DNA of 64,000 nucleotides from Trichoplax adhaerens (taxonomy: Eukaryota > Animalia > Placozoa): contig NW_002060951.1 of NCBI RefSeq assembly GCF_000150275.1, positions 188,775-252,774 of the forward strand, read 5' to 3'. Both the position numbers and the translations under genes were made by a program. Position 1 is the stretch's first letter. Every line of letters starts with the position of its first letter. This document shows positions 29,158 through 43,800 of this stretch, in pieces. The notes under the pieces were generated by a model. The model did not search any database and had not been told where the DNA came from. It worked only from the letters and a program-made list of their open reading frames with translations.

Positions 29158-32100
29158 CTGTTACATTTATACACTCCTCCTGAAGCAGCATTAGACCGCT
29201 ACTGGTGCATTTTCTATCTGCTATTCTCGATCTACTAAACGTATGTAATTTTATAGTAGATTATATGCAACACAAACTGAAGCGTACTGGTAATCATGAT
29301 AAATTCACCGGGGATAGCAACAGCTTTGCTCCAAATTAATACTTTTGGCCACGCTGCAGGTTATCAAAAGACATATTATTTTACCTAAACTATAAAACAC
29401 AGCCAATAATCAGTTTACATAATTCTGTAATTCAAATATTGTTCTTCAAATATCATGCTAACGGTTATAAAACGGTATGTTAACAGCTTCAGTAACACGA
29501 TCTTTATATCTCATTTTCCTAAACAACCACAAGATACTCGAACATATTAAATCAATTTATTCTCATATTGAATTACATCGTCATTTATTTAATTTTTTGT
29601 ATATAAATGCGTATTAATTTTTGCGCTATACTAAGACGTTAAATAAAAAGAGTTATAAATTTATTTCATCATCGATCTACGCAACCAGTTATGAACAGAA
29701 ATAATTGAATTCGGGATTACAGAAAATAGAGTAAAATTCACATCCCCCTTTTTATTACCTAATATTTAACTAGACATAAACCTCATAATTTCCTTCGTAG
29801 TTAAACCTAGCATGTTATAACGTTTAATTCTCGAAAGACAAGTTTATGTTGATAACGAACTACCACTATCTATTAAAAAAGCGTTTAAGGTGTTTAACTC
29901 TGTAATGATTATCAATAGATGATAACCGACGTCCCTTACGTATATAACATATATATATATTTACACTGTAACAATATTACAGTTCTTTCGAGTTACACAA
30001 AATGATATAAATTACTGGAAAGGATGATGTAATATTGATAATTAAATTATAAGTTATTTTTTCGTTGCATATTCTGTACATGGTGTCATGTAATTATTGC
30101 TGCATAAGTTCCTGTCAATCGTAATTTTTTATAATACAATTCGTTGACTGTATATTTGCATCATCTTAATAAATTTACAAGTGCTAATGTATAAGTGATA
30201 TAAAATACTAATTATTTCATTACATTATTAGTAAGATTGACGTCAAAGACTAATTAAAGGTATTAATGTTCAATTATGATTGCGTAATTATTTCAAAAAT
30301 ATCCTAGTAAATTCGTTTGCCGCTATAAATAAGCAGAAATACTTTTATATTGATCTAATATTTGGTCGTTTTCATTTCGTTATTGAACATAATCGTTCTG
30401 GCCTTGTTAATCTATGAATTATAAATCCTGAACTATTTCAACCTTTTCAAAAGTTATTAGTATTAGAATATAAGCGTATGATTCATGATAATACTGTATC
30501 AGTTAAAATGTAATTTAAAAGAAATCATTAATTTTTTTCTATGGCGGTATCGTTATTCATAATAATAGCAAATTATTCGATTTTGATGATTTTTGTAATT
30601 TCTTATGTAAGATGCGGTATTAGAACCTAAATCAGATATTATACTGATAAGTCCTAGTGTCCTCAATACTATTTTGATCGTGATACACGTAAGTCTATTT
30701 AAGGGAACTAATTAAAACATCGTAAATACTTACAAAGTTATTCTGATGATAAAAGAGCTTTTAGAAATAACATGAGTGTAATGTACGTGGGCCTGTGATT
30801 TATTCGTCTTCCGAATTTATTCGTTGCATTTCAATCTTATTATTACAGTGCCACTGACTGAATAAATTTATTAGAAATGATCAATATTTATTTATTCTTA
30901 CATTATTATATTACGTAAGGGCATCCCATTTTACGATTGTACTCATCGTAAAACAGTATTTTCTATTGGCAGTTTGAAATGGCAATCTAAGTAAATATCG
31001 GTCTTGATTCCAGAATCCATTTTGGGTGATATAACGTCCCTTAATTGCCCAGGAAAAACTCATTCACGAATATTGTACTTTTATTTTATCTCTTTCATTT
31101 AGGCTTAGCATATAAACAATAAGTAATTGTTCCATAATCTTAATATTTCTCAATTAATAATAGAAAAAATCTAAAATATCTTGCTATAAGCATAACAATT
31201 AGTTATTTTATCACTTACATCTATCTAAAGATGATCGTATACTAAAATATCGAAGAGAATTATTGTAGGAAACATCTGCTTATTATTAAAGTATAATTGT
31301 CTCTTCCTTCTTTTACGACTCGTTTTATCATCAATGAATATTATTCTAGATATTAATACTTCTGGTGTACGTGGAAGAAAAGGATTTGCTTTCTAATTCA
31401 TCAACATTTTCTGCATGAACGTTATTGTATTGAGACAGTATTTTATAGATTTTAGCTCATATTTTTTTCCATACACTTCTTATAGAAGTTTTAAATTGAG
31501 TAAAATCATTATGATAAATAAATTACTGGGCTAATATTATTTCATTGCTTTCACCATTATTTCTCAATCTCAAACTTATATCAAGATATGAAATATTTTT
31601 TGTTGATAGAAATAAATTTATAAATAAACAGTAATAATAAAAGTTATCAAATTTATTATATGCCTTTACTTCTTTTCGATATCAGTAGCATCAATGTTCA
31701 GCTATACTGATCAGTAACTCTAACAGTAATGTTTATATCATTGATTTATGCCGCTTACTGCTCTCGTATAAAGCTTATTGTCGATTTATTATACAGTTTA
31801 GCCTATTAAATGCCAGTAGTACTCAACCCATTTTAAGTTAAAATTCCTTAAACATAACAATTTGCTCTTACTTTATGTTTTCTAATAGTGTTCCATTTTT
31901 ACTCTACAATACACTAAAAATTATTCTTTGAAAGTACCATCTGATGGATAACAGTTAATATTCACAAGTCCTGTTTTATCATTGACGCTATATATTAGAT
32001 TGAGATATAATTAAGGTAGATAAGGCATGTATTTTTAAGATAATTGAGAATAGAATATCGCTCCTACAGTAATTTAAGTAAATTTGAAGTTGTAAGAAGT

Positions 32101-33912
32101 GACAGGAGTCACCAGCTCATTGAAATTGGATATGAATTATCGACTGAAAAAAATGTAATTAATTCAGCCATATTTGCGCATTATATTGCAATATCATTGG
32201 TACAACAAAATTTTGTAAATATAGTAGAACTTTCTGTATTTTATTCAAATATCAACCGTAAGCAATTCTTTTTAAATGCAATTTGTATAATTTGTGTACC
32301 ATATTTCGTTATTGATATTTCTTGTGTCGTCAATAACATTCAAGTTGTTCGGTAAAAGAATTGATTAATGACATGTAATACTGTATAACTCTAGCGTAGT
32401 TGTCATGTTAACAGTACATAATCTAATGAATAGGCCATGGCCTTTCACCTCTATAAGTTATTTTAATAAATGGCGCATTGCTAGTAGTTACAAAGATTAT
32501 AAAGTAAATGAACGCTAGATTTAAGATTAATTGTTTTTTAACAAACCTCTCTTATCATTTACCTACCATTATTACCTTTCCATCGTACCAGGCGTTTTTC
32601 TAATTCCAGTCGCAGTATCTTACTAATATATCTTCTATGTAATTTCAGATTTTATGAAATTTCTGAGTTTATTTGTAAATTATACCGAATAAACACTTTC
32701 GAGAAAAGATTTCGAAGTATCTTATGTCATTATCAAAATTTTTTAATATAATAACTTGAACATATCACGCCGATTGAGAAGATTTTTCTATTTTATAGAA
32801 AAAGTACGCATATGGGATTATGTTCATGTATTTCATAGATGAAGTTAATACTAATTCTAAATTATTGAAGCATCGTGAGTCGGCCTAACTGATCATTGAC
32901 TTCGAGAATAGAATTTGTTCAACATGATGTGTAGTGCAGCCCAAATATAGCTTAAGATTATATACAGTATGTGTGAATATCGTGCATGACGTAATTACTA
33001 GGCTAATTAAGATAGATACCCTTGTATAGGTGCTAGATCGTAGAGTGAGATTAAATATGTGAGGATTTGTATTAGTAATTGCAATACGGATTGTAAAAGT
33101 TATTAGTCATACTGCTTGGCACCTCCAGGTACGCTAGAGATGTGATGTTAGCCTTATTAAGGTAGATAATGATTTATGTGTCACGAAGATACTCTGTACA
33201 CAATTGTATATAAGCAGGAGATTTTATCGCCGAAGACAGAGTAGCCATAGATAATCTAGTCCTTGGTAGAAGACGTAATTATCGTAATAAAGTGATTTTC
33301 CTTCAAGTTGTGGAAGTCGTTGCGTTTCGATAGACACTTTATTACATGATGTTACTAATAGAAGTAATGATAGCAATTGTAATAATATCGACCGATCTAA
33401 ATTGAAACTAGATTCCAATAAAATCAGTATGTTGCTTTAATATCATTAAAATGATAAAATAACGGATTGAAAATTCATTTAAAGTTCTCAGCATACGAGT
33501 ATTAAAGGATTCATTTCATTATACAGTGGTTATTGAATTTGGTAATGTAAGATTGCCATGATGGTGAATACCAATAATGAACACTTAATCTGAGAAATAG
33601 CAGTTTATATTAAAAATTCAACTAGCAAAGCTGTTTGAAATTCGATACATTTTAAAAGTTATCCTTATTTAAAATGAAACTATTAATATAATAGTTATCG
33701 GTGCAATAAAGCCACTATAGTACAGATTTTACCAAAGGTTGTATGAGCAATTCCACATCATTGAAGTAATTATAAGCTGGTAGCATTAGTAACTAAATGA
33801 ATATTACTTCTAACTGTTGAACTTATTCTTATGATTAAGGATATTCTAGTGTTAAAACATGAGCTGCTATAAAGCATTGGCATCGAATTGTCTACGACTG
33901 CATACATGAAGT

Positions 33913-34354
33913 TGTCACGGTACGAACTACCGTGAAGAAATAGCTATCTAAATTTGGTTAATATAATATAGTGATAATATATTACAACTAGTTACTTATA
34001 ATAGGAATTACTCTAATTATAAATGTGTTACAGTAAATTTAATGCTGTGCTGTAATGTGTGCTGAAATGATTCTGTGAATAGACATGTTGTAGTCCGAAT
34101 GTGAAAAACTAGTTAGTAGATGTTCTCACCCAAGTATTTTTATAAGATGACTTGTGAATGTTAGCTGCTGTAGAAGGGTATATAAGCCCGTCAGATAGTT
34201 GAATAAAGTAGTTCTCAATTGTCTAGTTGAGTTTAACGTAGAATCAAAGGCGTCTAAATTCTTGTGAGGTAGTTAAGGGATACTGAATCCCAGAGACTAT
34301 AGTAATTTAGAGATTTTTTTTACGTTATCCTTGTCACGAAGCTGGTTTGTGACA
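33913..34354 (+). mobile_element. Solo-LTR-like element family A, copy 3
   Basis: Near-identical to 7858-8298; TGTCAC...GTGACA termini; 5-bp TSD GAAGT. Confidence 0.9.
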
Positions 34355-37293
34355 GAAGTCAGTATAAATAAGTCGTTGCAAAAATAAGTTCGTCGAAGAT
34401 CGTAATGCTAGTCTATAATGTCCTTCCGTCTAATAATACTACTGTCATACAAGGTAATACTTATTTCGATTTTTATCTTTATTGTGCTCTATATCCAGAC
34501 CCTAATTAATACCAATTTGAAACGTAGCTGAACCATATATCTTGACACGCAGTAAAATATAAAGTAAAGAATGCAATCTCGCAACGATTATAAAAGAACA
34601 TCTGGGGCCATTTGAAGTAGAGCTGTGATATATAATATCATCTACTTGATCCTAGCTTAAAATGGTCTAATTTAATCTTTCAGTTTTATAGCCTTCGAAA
34701 TTAAAGATAGAAATTCTGAATCCCTGAAAATTTCATTATTCAAGCGAATAATGCAATAATTAAATTACTCATCTTTTTATATCTTAAAATAATTATTATT
34801 TGAAGCAGAATTTGTTTTTGACTCCTTATAATGGCCTTCCATTAACATCTGGGTAGTATACAAACGAGTGAACAATTGAAATCTTAGATACTTTCTTAAC
34901 ATGAGTATATCGGATATTCGTTTTCATGTGGCATACTTACCTATTTTGTCTTCATGCTGTTCCCTATGCTTTTCATAAACGTCAAGCAGTAAATGAACGA
35001 TTTTCTTTCAGCCAATTTGTTATATAAATCTAACGATTATCATTGAACTATACGAATATACCGTAAATCATTAAAATTTGGTGAAAGGAATAAATGGATT
35101 TAATAAAACATACTGTCGTTTGGGTACTGAAAATATCGTGGCATTCAAGTTTAATTTTTTCCCTAATATATTAAAATTTTTAATCATTAGTGCTCCAGCG
35201 AATAAAATTCATGACTGGGTATTACAGAATTATTATTCATAAAGTGCCAAACTTGATAATTAATTAGCTCTAACTTATTTTAGTCATGAATTGACTATTG
35301 TTACTCGATCATTATCGTCGGCAATCCAAGTTTATCACTGATTAAAATTAAAAAATAAGTTAATGAAGGTCTGAATATTATACGTATCGATGAGACAGAT
35401 AAATTTATCTGTGAATTTAATCTACATATTAAATAGCCATTACTGTTCAGATAAACATAGCGATAGATTTGCAATAATAATTTAAATTGAACATACATTT
35501 AGTATTTTTTATTTTCTTATTATACAGCCCGTTAAATATTGTTCCGAAAATAGAAACCGAGTAATTCTATACAGTAATTTACCTTAATTTTGTATCCACA
35601 TCAAAGATGACTTATATTTTTGAATCTATTACATAATGGATATGGGATCATGGTAAAAATAAATTTTGACACTGCCCTGTAATTAACTATACTGTCCTAG
35701 TGAATTATTATTAAATTTTAAGTAATACTATATTTTAATTCAGGATTAAATCATATTTACAAATAATCTTTATGATACCTACCGTAAAACTACATTGAGG
35801 ATATGAGTCATAGCTAGAACAATTTATGAAATTTCTCAATAATGAGTTTAGTCACTTCAATTACTGCTAATTTAAAATTTAAGTAAAGCCATAGTTTTAA
35901 TTCAGTAATACAGCTATCTTGCTGAATCTGTAGCAAGTCTGAAGTTCATTAATGGAAAGTCTGGCTCACAATGAATATACTTTTGGCTTAGATCAGTTAT
36001 CGCTAAACTTCAAGATAGCTAATACCTTGATTTTTTCAGTATTACCATATGTCTTTTAACTTGGTAACCTTTCGGAGTATGAGTAGCAACATTAAGCAAG
36101 TTAGCTGGAATAAATGAGCGTATGGATCTAATAAGCTAGCTGATGACTTAAAAGTTTAAATTTTCAGAATTAGCTTCCTTAATTTAACTACAATATGTTA
36201 GTTCTATCGTTATTAATTTCATTGTCAATTACCTGTTTTAAAATTTGTGAAAATATAATTTATAATTAATTCAATCTTTTCGTTTTTACTCTGTAGGTCA
36301 ATAACCTGAATTATGCTCTCATAATATATTACAATAACAGTGAGGATATTCATCAGCTTCGGGATATAACACGAATTTAATTTAAATAAATGCATTTGTG
36401 GAGTAATTAACAGTCAGTTATCATTAATAGTATTACTGATGGCATGATTCAAATCGAATGGGGAAAAGAAATTTACACAAAATAGTGTCCTGCACATAGT
36501 TTTTATTATGATCAAATAATTAATTATACGGCATTATCACTTTCTATTTGATTACACAAATGCAAAAAAATTGATTAAACAATTATTAAAGATTTGACTA
36601 TAATCAAATGGAATTGCACTTTGCTGACTACAGAATGAGTAAAATCATGATAGTAAAAAATTTTTGTCCGTACCCGTATGGCTATAATGTAACTGCTTGT
36701 ACTTAATAAAAGTACAGCGAATTGTAGACATCAGACTAAATGACATTGTCTGATTAGATAAAAGCAATTTCTGAACTTATTTAGATATTTTACTTATTTT
36801 AAAGAAAGGACATACTAATTAGTTTGATTTTAATAATAGCTAATTCGAGAACTGCCTATCTTTATGAATTGAGGAAAGAAATAAAAACTAGAGATGAAAA
36901 GATATTTAAGTATTGCAAAACGTAGAATTGTTAAAAGTGTTGAACTTATAATAGAAACAACTATTAATATAGTACTATTCCTGTTCTGAGAATTAGATAA
37001 GAAAATGATATAATTAATTACTGTGATTGAAAATACGAGTATAAGCGATTTTAAGTGTGGAATGTATAACTGAATACCTAATCATCTTCTTTTTAACGCT
37101 AAGTATAGCAAACTCAATGATAAATTTCTTCCATAATGTTGGACAAGCGAATATTGAGATCAAATCAGATTTCTTTTCATATCGATAGCAATCGGTCCTT
37201 CTTTGGTCATTTAAGTCAATCAAATCATTCTGTAAGCCCAATTGATGTCATATTCATTCAAGTAAGCTCGATTTAAGCCCAAAAATCTATCGA

Positions 37294-38436
37294 TTATCCA
37301 TGATAACTAGCAACGGTTCGTCGACTCTCTATAACAGTTATTGTAGTAGAATTATTACTGCGGATTGATTCGGCCTTATTAATTACGGTCTTAGTTATAA
37401 GAACACAACAACAACATTGAAGGAAGTTGGTCAATTTTTGGGAATATAACTTTGCAAAGATGATATAAATGGTAGGATGGATAGCTGGACTAAGGTAAAA
37501 GAATATCATCATAATGGGTGATGTATCTTGCCATAATGCTGCCCTAACAAATGCTAAGGATAAGAGATCGCTTATCAAAGCAATTAAACCTGGTATCCAT
37601 GACAGTAGCTGGATAAGCATCATACAACTAGTTAACCAAACTATTTGCATCTCATATTGACGTCGACGCAAATGCTGATAGATTGGAGGACCGCGTAAAA
37701 AGATGATGCTATAAAGCAAAATAATAGCCAAAAACATGATTAAAAGTATACCAATAACAGTCCATATAATCACTTTTAATACTAAATCTGTATGATGGCC
37801 AATGTAACACAGGTTTTGCAATATGTGGCCGAGCTGTTTAGAATTTCCATTCGGTAACATTAAGAAACGTGTACTATATGTCAACGTCATCACAAATCCA
37901 AACAACCAACAGCTTAACATCATGATATGAGCTACTTTGAAAGTGATTCTATTCTTGCGTTTAGGATAACAAACACAAATAGTTCGATCGATGGCCATAA
38001 CTAAGGAAATCATCACTGATGCGGTTAAGGATATCATTGAAAAAAAACGCGCTATCGTACACGTTGAATTAATTACTGCTTCAATAGCTTGAGTTTTACT
38101 TAGTGTTAAGTTATCATGCTTTGATTGTCCTAGAGCAGAATAAGCTGTATCATAATTATTAATGAGGTATAAATCAGTATTAGCAATCATAAATAAATAA
38201 ATTGCGCCAGACATATTGGCCAGGCACAAATTGATCAAGAAAATTTGTGGGATTCGTAGAAATGTTTCATCAATGCGATAGTGCTGTGGGTGAATTTTTC
38301 GTGGCAGCAACTTAATTATCGTCAGTTTAAATGCCAACAAATATGCATTACCTAAAATGCCCATAATACTTAGTGCCCATGTAAGAGTGCGTATTACAGT
38401 TAATTGGACATTTGAGGTACTCGTTTGATCCAACAT
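37294..38436 (-). CDS. Single-exon rhodopsin-family (class A) GPCR with an LGR/GRL101-like 7TM core and no ectodomain
   Basis: Uninterrupted ORF with seven hydrophobic segments: TM1 GILGN, TM2 LINLCLAN, TM3 C..ARFFS..MAIDR (DRY variant DRT), TM4 W, TM6 SWIP, TM7 IHPTIY (NPxxY variant), and a Cys cluster after helix 8. The first ATG is at 38436; the ORF track starts at an upstream GTG. Confidence 0.9.
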   Translation of the reverse strand: MLDQTSTSNVQLTVIRTLTWALSIMGILGNAYLLAFKLTIIKLLPRKIHPQHYRIDETFLRIPQIFLINLCLANMSGAIYLFMIANTDLYLINNYDTAYSALGQSKHDNLTLSKTQAIEAVINSTCTIARFFSMISLTASVMISLVMAIDRTICVCYPKRKNRITFKVAHIMMLSCWLFGFVMTLTYSTRFLMLPNGNSKQLGHILQNLCYIGHHTDLVLKVIIWTVIGILLIMFLAIILLYSIIFLRGPPIYQHLRRRQYEMQIVWLTSCMMLIQLLSWIPGLIALISDLLSLAFVRAALWQDTSPIMMIFFYLSPAIHPTIYIIFAKLYSQKLTNFLQCCCCVLITKTVINKAESIRSNNSTTITVIESRRTVASYHG

Positions 38437-40227
38437 GATTGCAATAGAAGCGACTTTCAATTCAACTTTTAAAATATCCACAAAATAGAAAGTTACATAG
38501 GAATACTCAGGTTGAAAGAATTTCCAACGATGAATATTGTCAGGCTACACCTCAAATGACGATAAGTTTTACTAGCAATACCAGAGTTTAGGTGAAATTT
38601 ATTGTTATGAGCATTGCTCGTGGCTAGATGCTAACATAAAGCGTAAAGATGGAAGTTAAATTGTACTATCTTATCTATCAGAATGATCATTAGATAATTA
38701 TACCTCTGTCTATAATATTTCCTATTGTATCTTGGGATACTTATCTATCGTCGTCACTTCCATATCATTGTTTTGCTTGTTTACTCGAATAAGATATTAT
38801 CCAAGCATAACTCCCGGTCCGCTCCCTTTCATCTTCTGCATACCATTATCGGATTGTAAGGCTAAAGACATTAAGATGAGAAAACGAATTTTAAGCCATC
38901 CTTTTCATTGATAATATCCGTGTAATGCTTTTACATCTAATCTTTTGTAAATCATAAACCAAGGCCAACAGTAGATTAAACGAAAGCATAATACCAAAAT
39001 TCAATGATGATGAAACCTATTGTCTAGATTTGCAGACTTGATTGTAATCAATTTTCGTCTCAAAGTATGGGAAATTATTGAATACAACAGAAGTTGGAAA
39101 TAAAATATTAAGCTATTGTATAGTTATTCTAATGTACCTGAAGCTGAAGTTATCGTGACCATGTTGTTTGAATCTTAATAGTTCTACTGCTGTACTACCG
39201 TTAGAAGCAAAATTTGATATGCATGTTCCTATATTTAAATCAGGAATAGAAAAGGACGAAAGAAATGCTTCTTTAAGATGATTTTAGACGTTAAAAGTCT
39301 AAAATATTTTAGCAGACATCAATCAGAGTTAAATGAAGTTTAGCAGATTGTCTCGATCTTTAGTGGTTAAATGTTGTTTCATAATCATTTAAATATTAAT
39401 AAAGTTCTTAACTTTAAATATTACTGATTTATTCAGATATAAGTTTCCATGGAAAAACAACTAAAGAATCAAGTAGATACGGTTATACCATTATTTTCTT
39501 TTAAATTAGCCTACAATAAAAGTCACTACTACAGAAGGATTGTTTAATTAAAGCTAAGTTTTACGTGTATGTTGATTTAACAATGGCATTTTGCAGGATG
39601 TAAACAACGATAGTTATGGCAACGACGAAATATAAGCAAAAATTGACCTTAATCATCACATACTGAGTACCTTAATAAGTATTATTTGTATGAGTATGAA
39701 ATATATTTTTAGTTGCCATATGGATTACTCCAGGAATACATAAGTGATAAATAATTATGTAGCATATATATGGAAGGACGGTATTCTTCGCCTATAAGTA
39801 TATATATATATAATATAATTTAACAGGCACGAAATATATTATTCTCTTAGCATGGTATTACCGTAAAAGTTGCAAATGTTTGCAATATTTACATAAAGAG
39901 TAGTCATAGGTAAAGAATAGAGATAGGAAGTATAGATTGGCGAAGCTTTTAAAATAATTATCTTACGTTAGTACTTGCAGTTAACCAGATATAAAGCACT
40001 ATTGCTGATTACTAATTGACAATTTATTATCAATATTGATCTGCAGATTTATTATTATCATTTGAAATATTTATTCGCTTTAATCAATCTCTAGCCATTT
40101 CTTTTTGGCTCTCTTATCTTTCTTGCTGATATATTTTTCATGATAGTAAATATTTTAGATCTTGCATTAGTTCAATTCTAAGTAAATACAGTCGTTGCAT
40201 AGGATAGATTCAGATCATAATTAATAG

Positions 40228-40804
40228 GTGTCACGATCGGTATACGATCGATAAGATTGTTCGTAATTTATTTATCTATGCTTTACGAATGGATGACGTT
40301 AGTGTCGTTTATATATTTATCTTATGATATATTTAGTAGCCCATAATTATAGACTGTAATGATAGATGCTATGCTAGAGTGCGAATGACTATATACAGTA
40401 CAATAAGATGTTGAGCTACTAATAAGGTTAGAGGTAAAAATAGAACTGTAAATCATATATTAGGATATGGTTAGCTCATTATACTTTAAGTGGTAGAAAT
40501 AATGTCTTCAAAATCACTGTAATCGTTTCCATTTGGAATAATGGTGGTTCGCTGTAAAATAAAGTTACTAATAATAGCTTAATTAAATATAAAATAGGGT
40601 AAAATGTTGCTATGCTGATTGTAGCTGCGAAGGCTGCGGAGAGTATAAACAGGCGACATTAGATTATCTATTAGTTCTTTCTAGAAGTCTTTCAGTAGTT
40701 ATATTCGGCTAGAGTAGAGTTGTGTGTATCTAATCTTAGCATTAGATCTAATAGAGTTCTAATTTTCTACAAATTTTGAATTTTAGTGATTGGGTTTTAT
40801 CACG
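40228..40804 (+). mobile_element. Diverged LTR-like repeat family C, copy 2
   Basis: Begins TGTCACG like family A; its 3' 400 bp resemble about 10880-11298; TSD not preserved. Confidence 0.5.
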
Positions 40805-43800
40805 GAGGGTTTACCTTATTTTTCTACTATCTAAATTTATCTGACGAAATAAAACGTGTATCATATCTTTGCTTTCTTCTCAATTCTTTTAATTAATCCT
40901 ATTTAGAATTATTAGCTTAAACAAGCTTTAATGAAGGAGGTCGAATTCTCTATACTAGTATGCTAAGAAAAAATAATAAAATTTCCTGCTTCAACGTCTA
41001 AGTTAGTATTTGTTTTTGCCCTCCTATCAAATCATATTAAGGATTACGGAAAGCACGTTTATTAAACTCTTTTTATTACTGTTTTCTACTTTTCTTGATC
41101 TTTTTTAATATATAGTAGATTTGTGAATAGTATGATCATTGCATCAAGAAAACTAGTAATTGCTTGCTAGATTAAATGAGAGATAGCAGGATTACCTTAA
41201 TGCATTCATTTTGGTATCATTCATTTATACCTTAATTAATACTGTATTGCTTTTGATTATCCCTTATTCCGTATTTCACAACTGTAGGTATTTATAGGAT
41301 ATCAATTCGATAGCTTAAGGTACAAGTGAATTTTAAGTTTTGCAGCAGATTTACTTATCATGGTATATTTGCCTCTTGTAATATTATGCAGATGCTATTA
41401 AGGGTTGATGGTAACGCAAGCCTTATGAGAGAGGAGATGGCATTTGACGAAAGTAATTTTATCATCTATTCACAACTCAGATTAGAACCATAAATTAGTG
41501 GCATTGAAGAGGAACAAGAATCTACAGTGTTATTGTACTATACATACCATAATTATGCTGTATGATATCATTGTATGGATGCTAAGTTTTAACTTTTATC
41601 AGTCTGTATTTGCATAGTACAAAAGTAGTATTGGATCCATTAGTTGGTAATTAATCCTTTCAAAAAAGATCTTACACCACTAATTGTAGTAATGATGTAA
41701 TAGCTTTCTATTTGACAAGGATTGTTTCATTAACAATAGTATCTTTTACTGGTTCCAGCCAATACAAAAAGCAAATATAGTTCAAAGTGATACCAAAGAA
41801 CTGTAATAGCAGGAGACTATTACTCGGTCATTGCATTAATTTTTCATGAAGTATTACGCTATTAGATTGATGTCGTATAGTATTTCGGACATTTAAAATT
41901 TATTATTGTAAAAATGTTATTAGTTTAATTTGAGATCAATTAAGCAGTTTTTGTTATTTGCTGATAAGCTTCAGTTATTGCTACAGTATAGTGAACGCAA
42001 TCAGAAGCACATAGATAATAAAATTGCTATAGTCTAGACTTAAAATTGATATCTAACGGTGTTGTAAGAGATTGTAACGTAGTCATGAAATCGTAATCCT
42101 GAGATTTATGTCGATGTTGTGCAAAGCTTTAATAGAATAATCAAAATAGGAGGCGTAAAAATAAGAATACGTTTTATCGCAAATATCAAATAAACAATAA
42201 GAAATCGCTTTCAAATAATTCAATTTTGATTATTAAAGAAATCGAAAATTAGCGCGTGTCAATAATGACGCATGGTGAAAGCATAAGCCCTTATAATACT
42301 AAAAGTAAGCTTTTCTAAAAATTACATTATAATAATACAAAGTGCGGTCATGGCGTTATGTTAGAATCAAGTACTTTTGGACAGCATTGTATTTCCTTTG
42401 GTGAGCTTCAAAAGAGAAAAGAAAAAGTAGTATTAAAAATTTAACATTGTATGAGAAATTCCAATCTTTGATGAATGCTCAGTAGATTTATTTAGCAATG
42501 TATACTTTACATACGATATATACAGTACTCGTATTAACGTATTTAAAATCTGAAAAAATTAAAATGGTTTGTTCTCAATTACTAACCATAGCATACTGTA
42601 TAATTTAATAGCTATTTAACGTGATTAAATGCATACTTATTTCTTTACAAATCCTAGAAACACCTGCCATTAATGGTACATAAAGTTTTATGATAATCGA
42701 TAAAAATCATATTATTATTCATCACGAAAGAACAATCTATTTCATTATAGTTCTAATTTTTAAAGAATAATGCCTAAGATTCTTACCATCTTTAGACTTT
42801 ATTATATATTTCTCCATTTGCTGTTAAACGATTAATCTTGAAAGCATTTATTTGTTATTAAACAATGAAATGACACCCATTTTAGGTTGAATTAACCATG
42901 AATTTGTTATGGTGTCTTAATTTGGTACTATGATTACATAGTTAATAGATGGATTAGTTTGTCCGGATCTTAAATTCTCTTAAAAGATTATAGTATGACT
43001 AGATTTTCTACCCATAATTTAGTGTTGTTATAAGTCTTTAAAATCCCCGTCGTGCTGCTTATAAATTATAATTTTATAATAGTTGATGCATTATGTGAAA
43101 ATTAAAGCACCACTGTTTCTAAGTCTTCAATTAAAATTCCAATTTCTATGTTCCTGTGCCAAATTTACTGCGCTTATCCTTTGCAGCCGCTAAATTTGGT
43201 GCTATAGTATCTCTAACGCCTATTTGTTAGGAGGTTTTCTATATAAGTGAAATAAATACCTGATATTCATATATATTTATTGTCTTTGGGCTTGTATATA
43301 TAGTGATTCTAAATAGGGCCCAGATGTGAGGCTTAATCTCACTATTTAAGAAAGATTAGGTGATTAAGTCAAAAGCTGTCAGTGAGAATATATCAATTGA
43401 TCTGGCATTCTAAGTACTGTTTTAAGAATCATCAAAGAGAGTTTAAAGCGCAAATATTGCTTCTAGCTTTTATTTAGTCATACTAACTTATTGCTACTTA
43501 CAAACAAACATTGTCGCTAATTTCAAGCTACGGATTTGCTGTTTTGTAATTGTACCATCAATTAAATCTAGATAGGATCTGTCTTTCACTCACCTTTCAT
43601 TATCTAATTGCTTGTCAAATAGCGTCAGCAGTTTTAAAAAGCTTAATATGTTTATGCTCACGTGAAGGGAGCATTAATGACAAAGTTAAATGTAAGGTAT
43701 TGATTACGAAATTCTATATATTTAGGTGTTAATAGTTGCTGAATTCTGTGGATAATCCTCTTTATAAGATTAGACGTCTCAATCGGATACAGTAGGAAAC

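Noticed and set aside
33224-33418. ORF with a signal-peptide-like Leu stretch
   Set aside because: TTG start, no convincing splice context and no homology recognised
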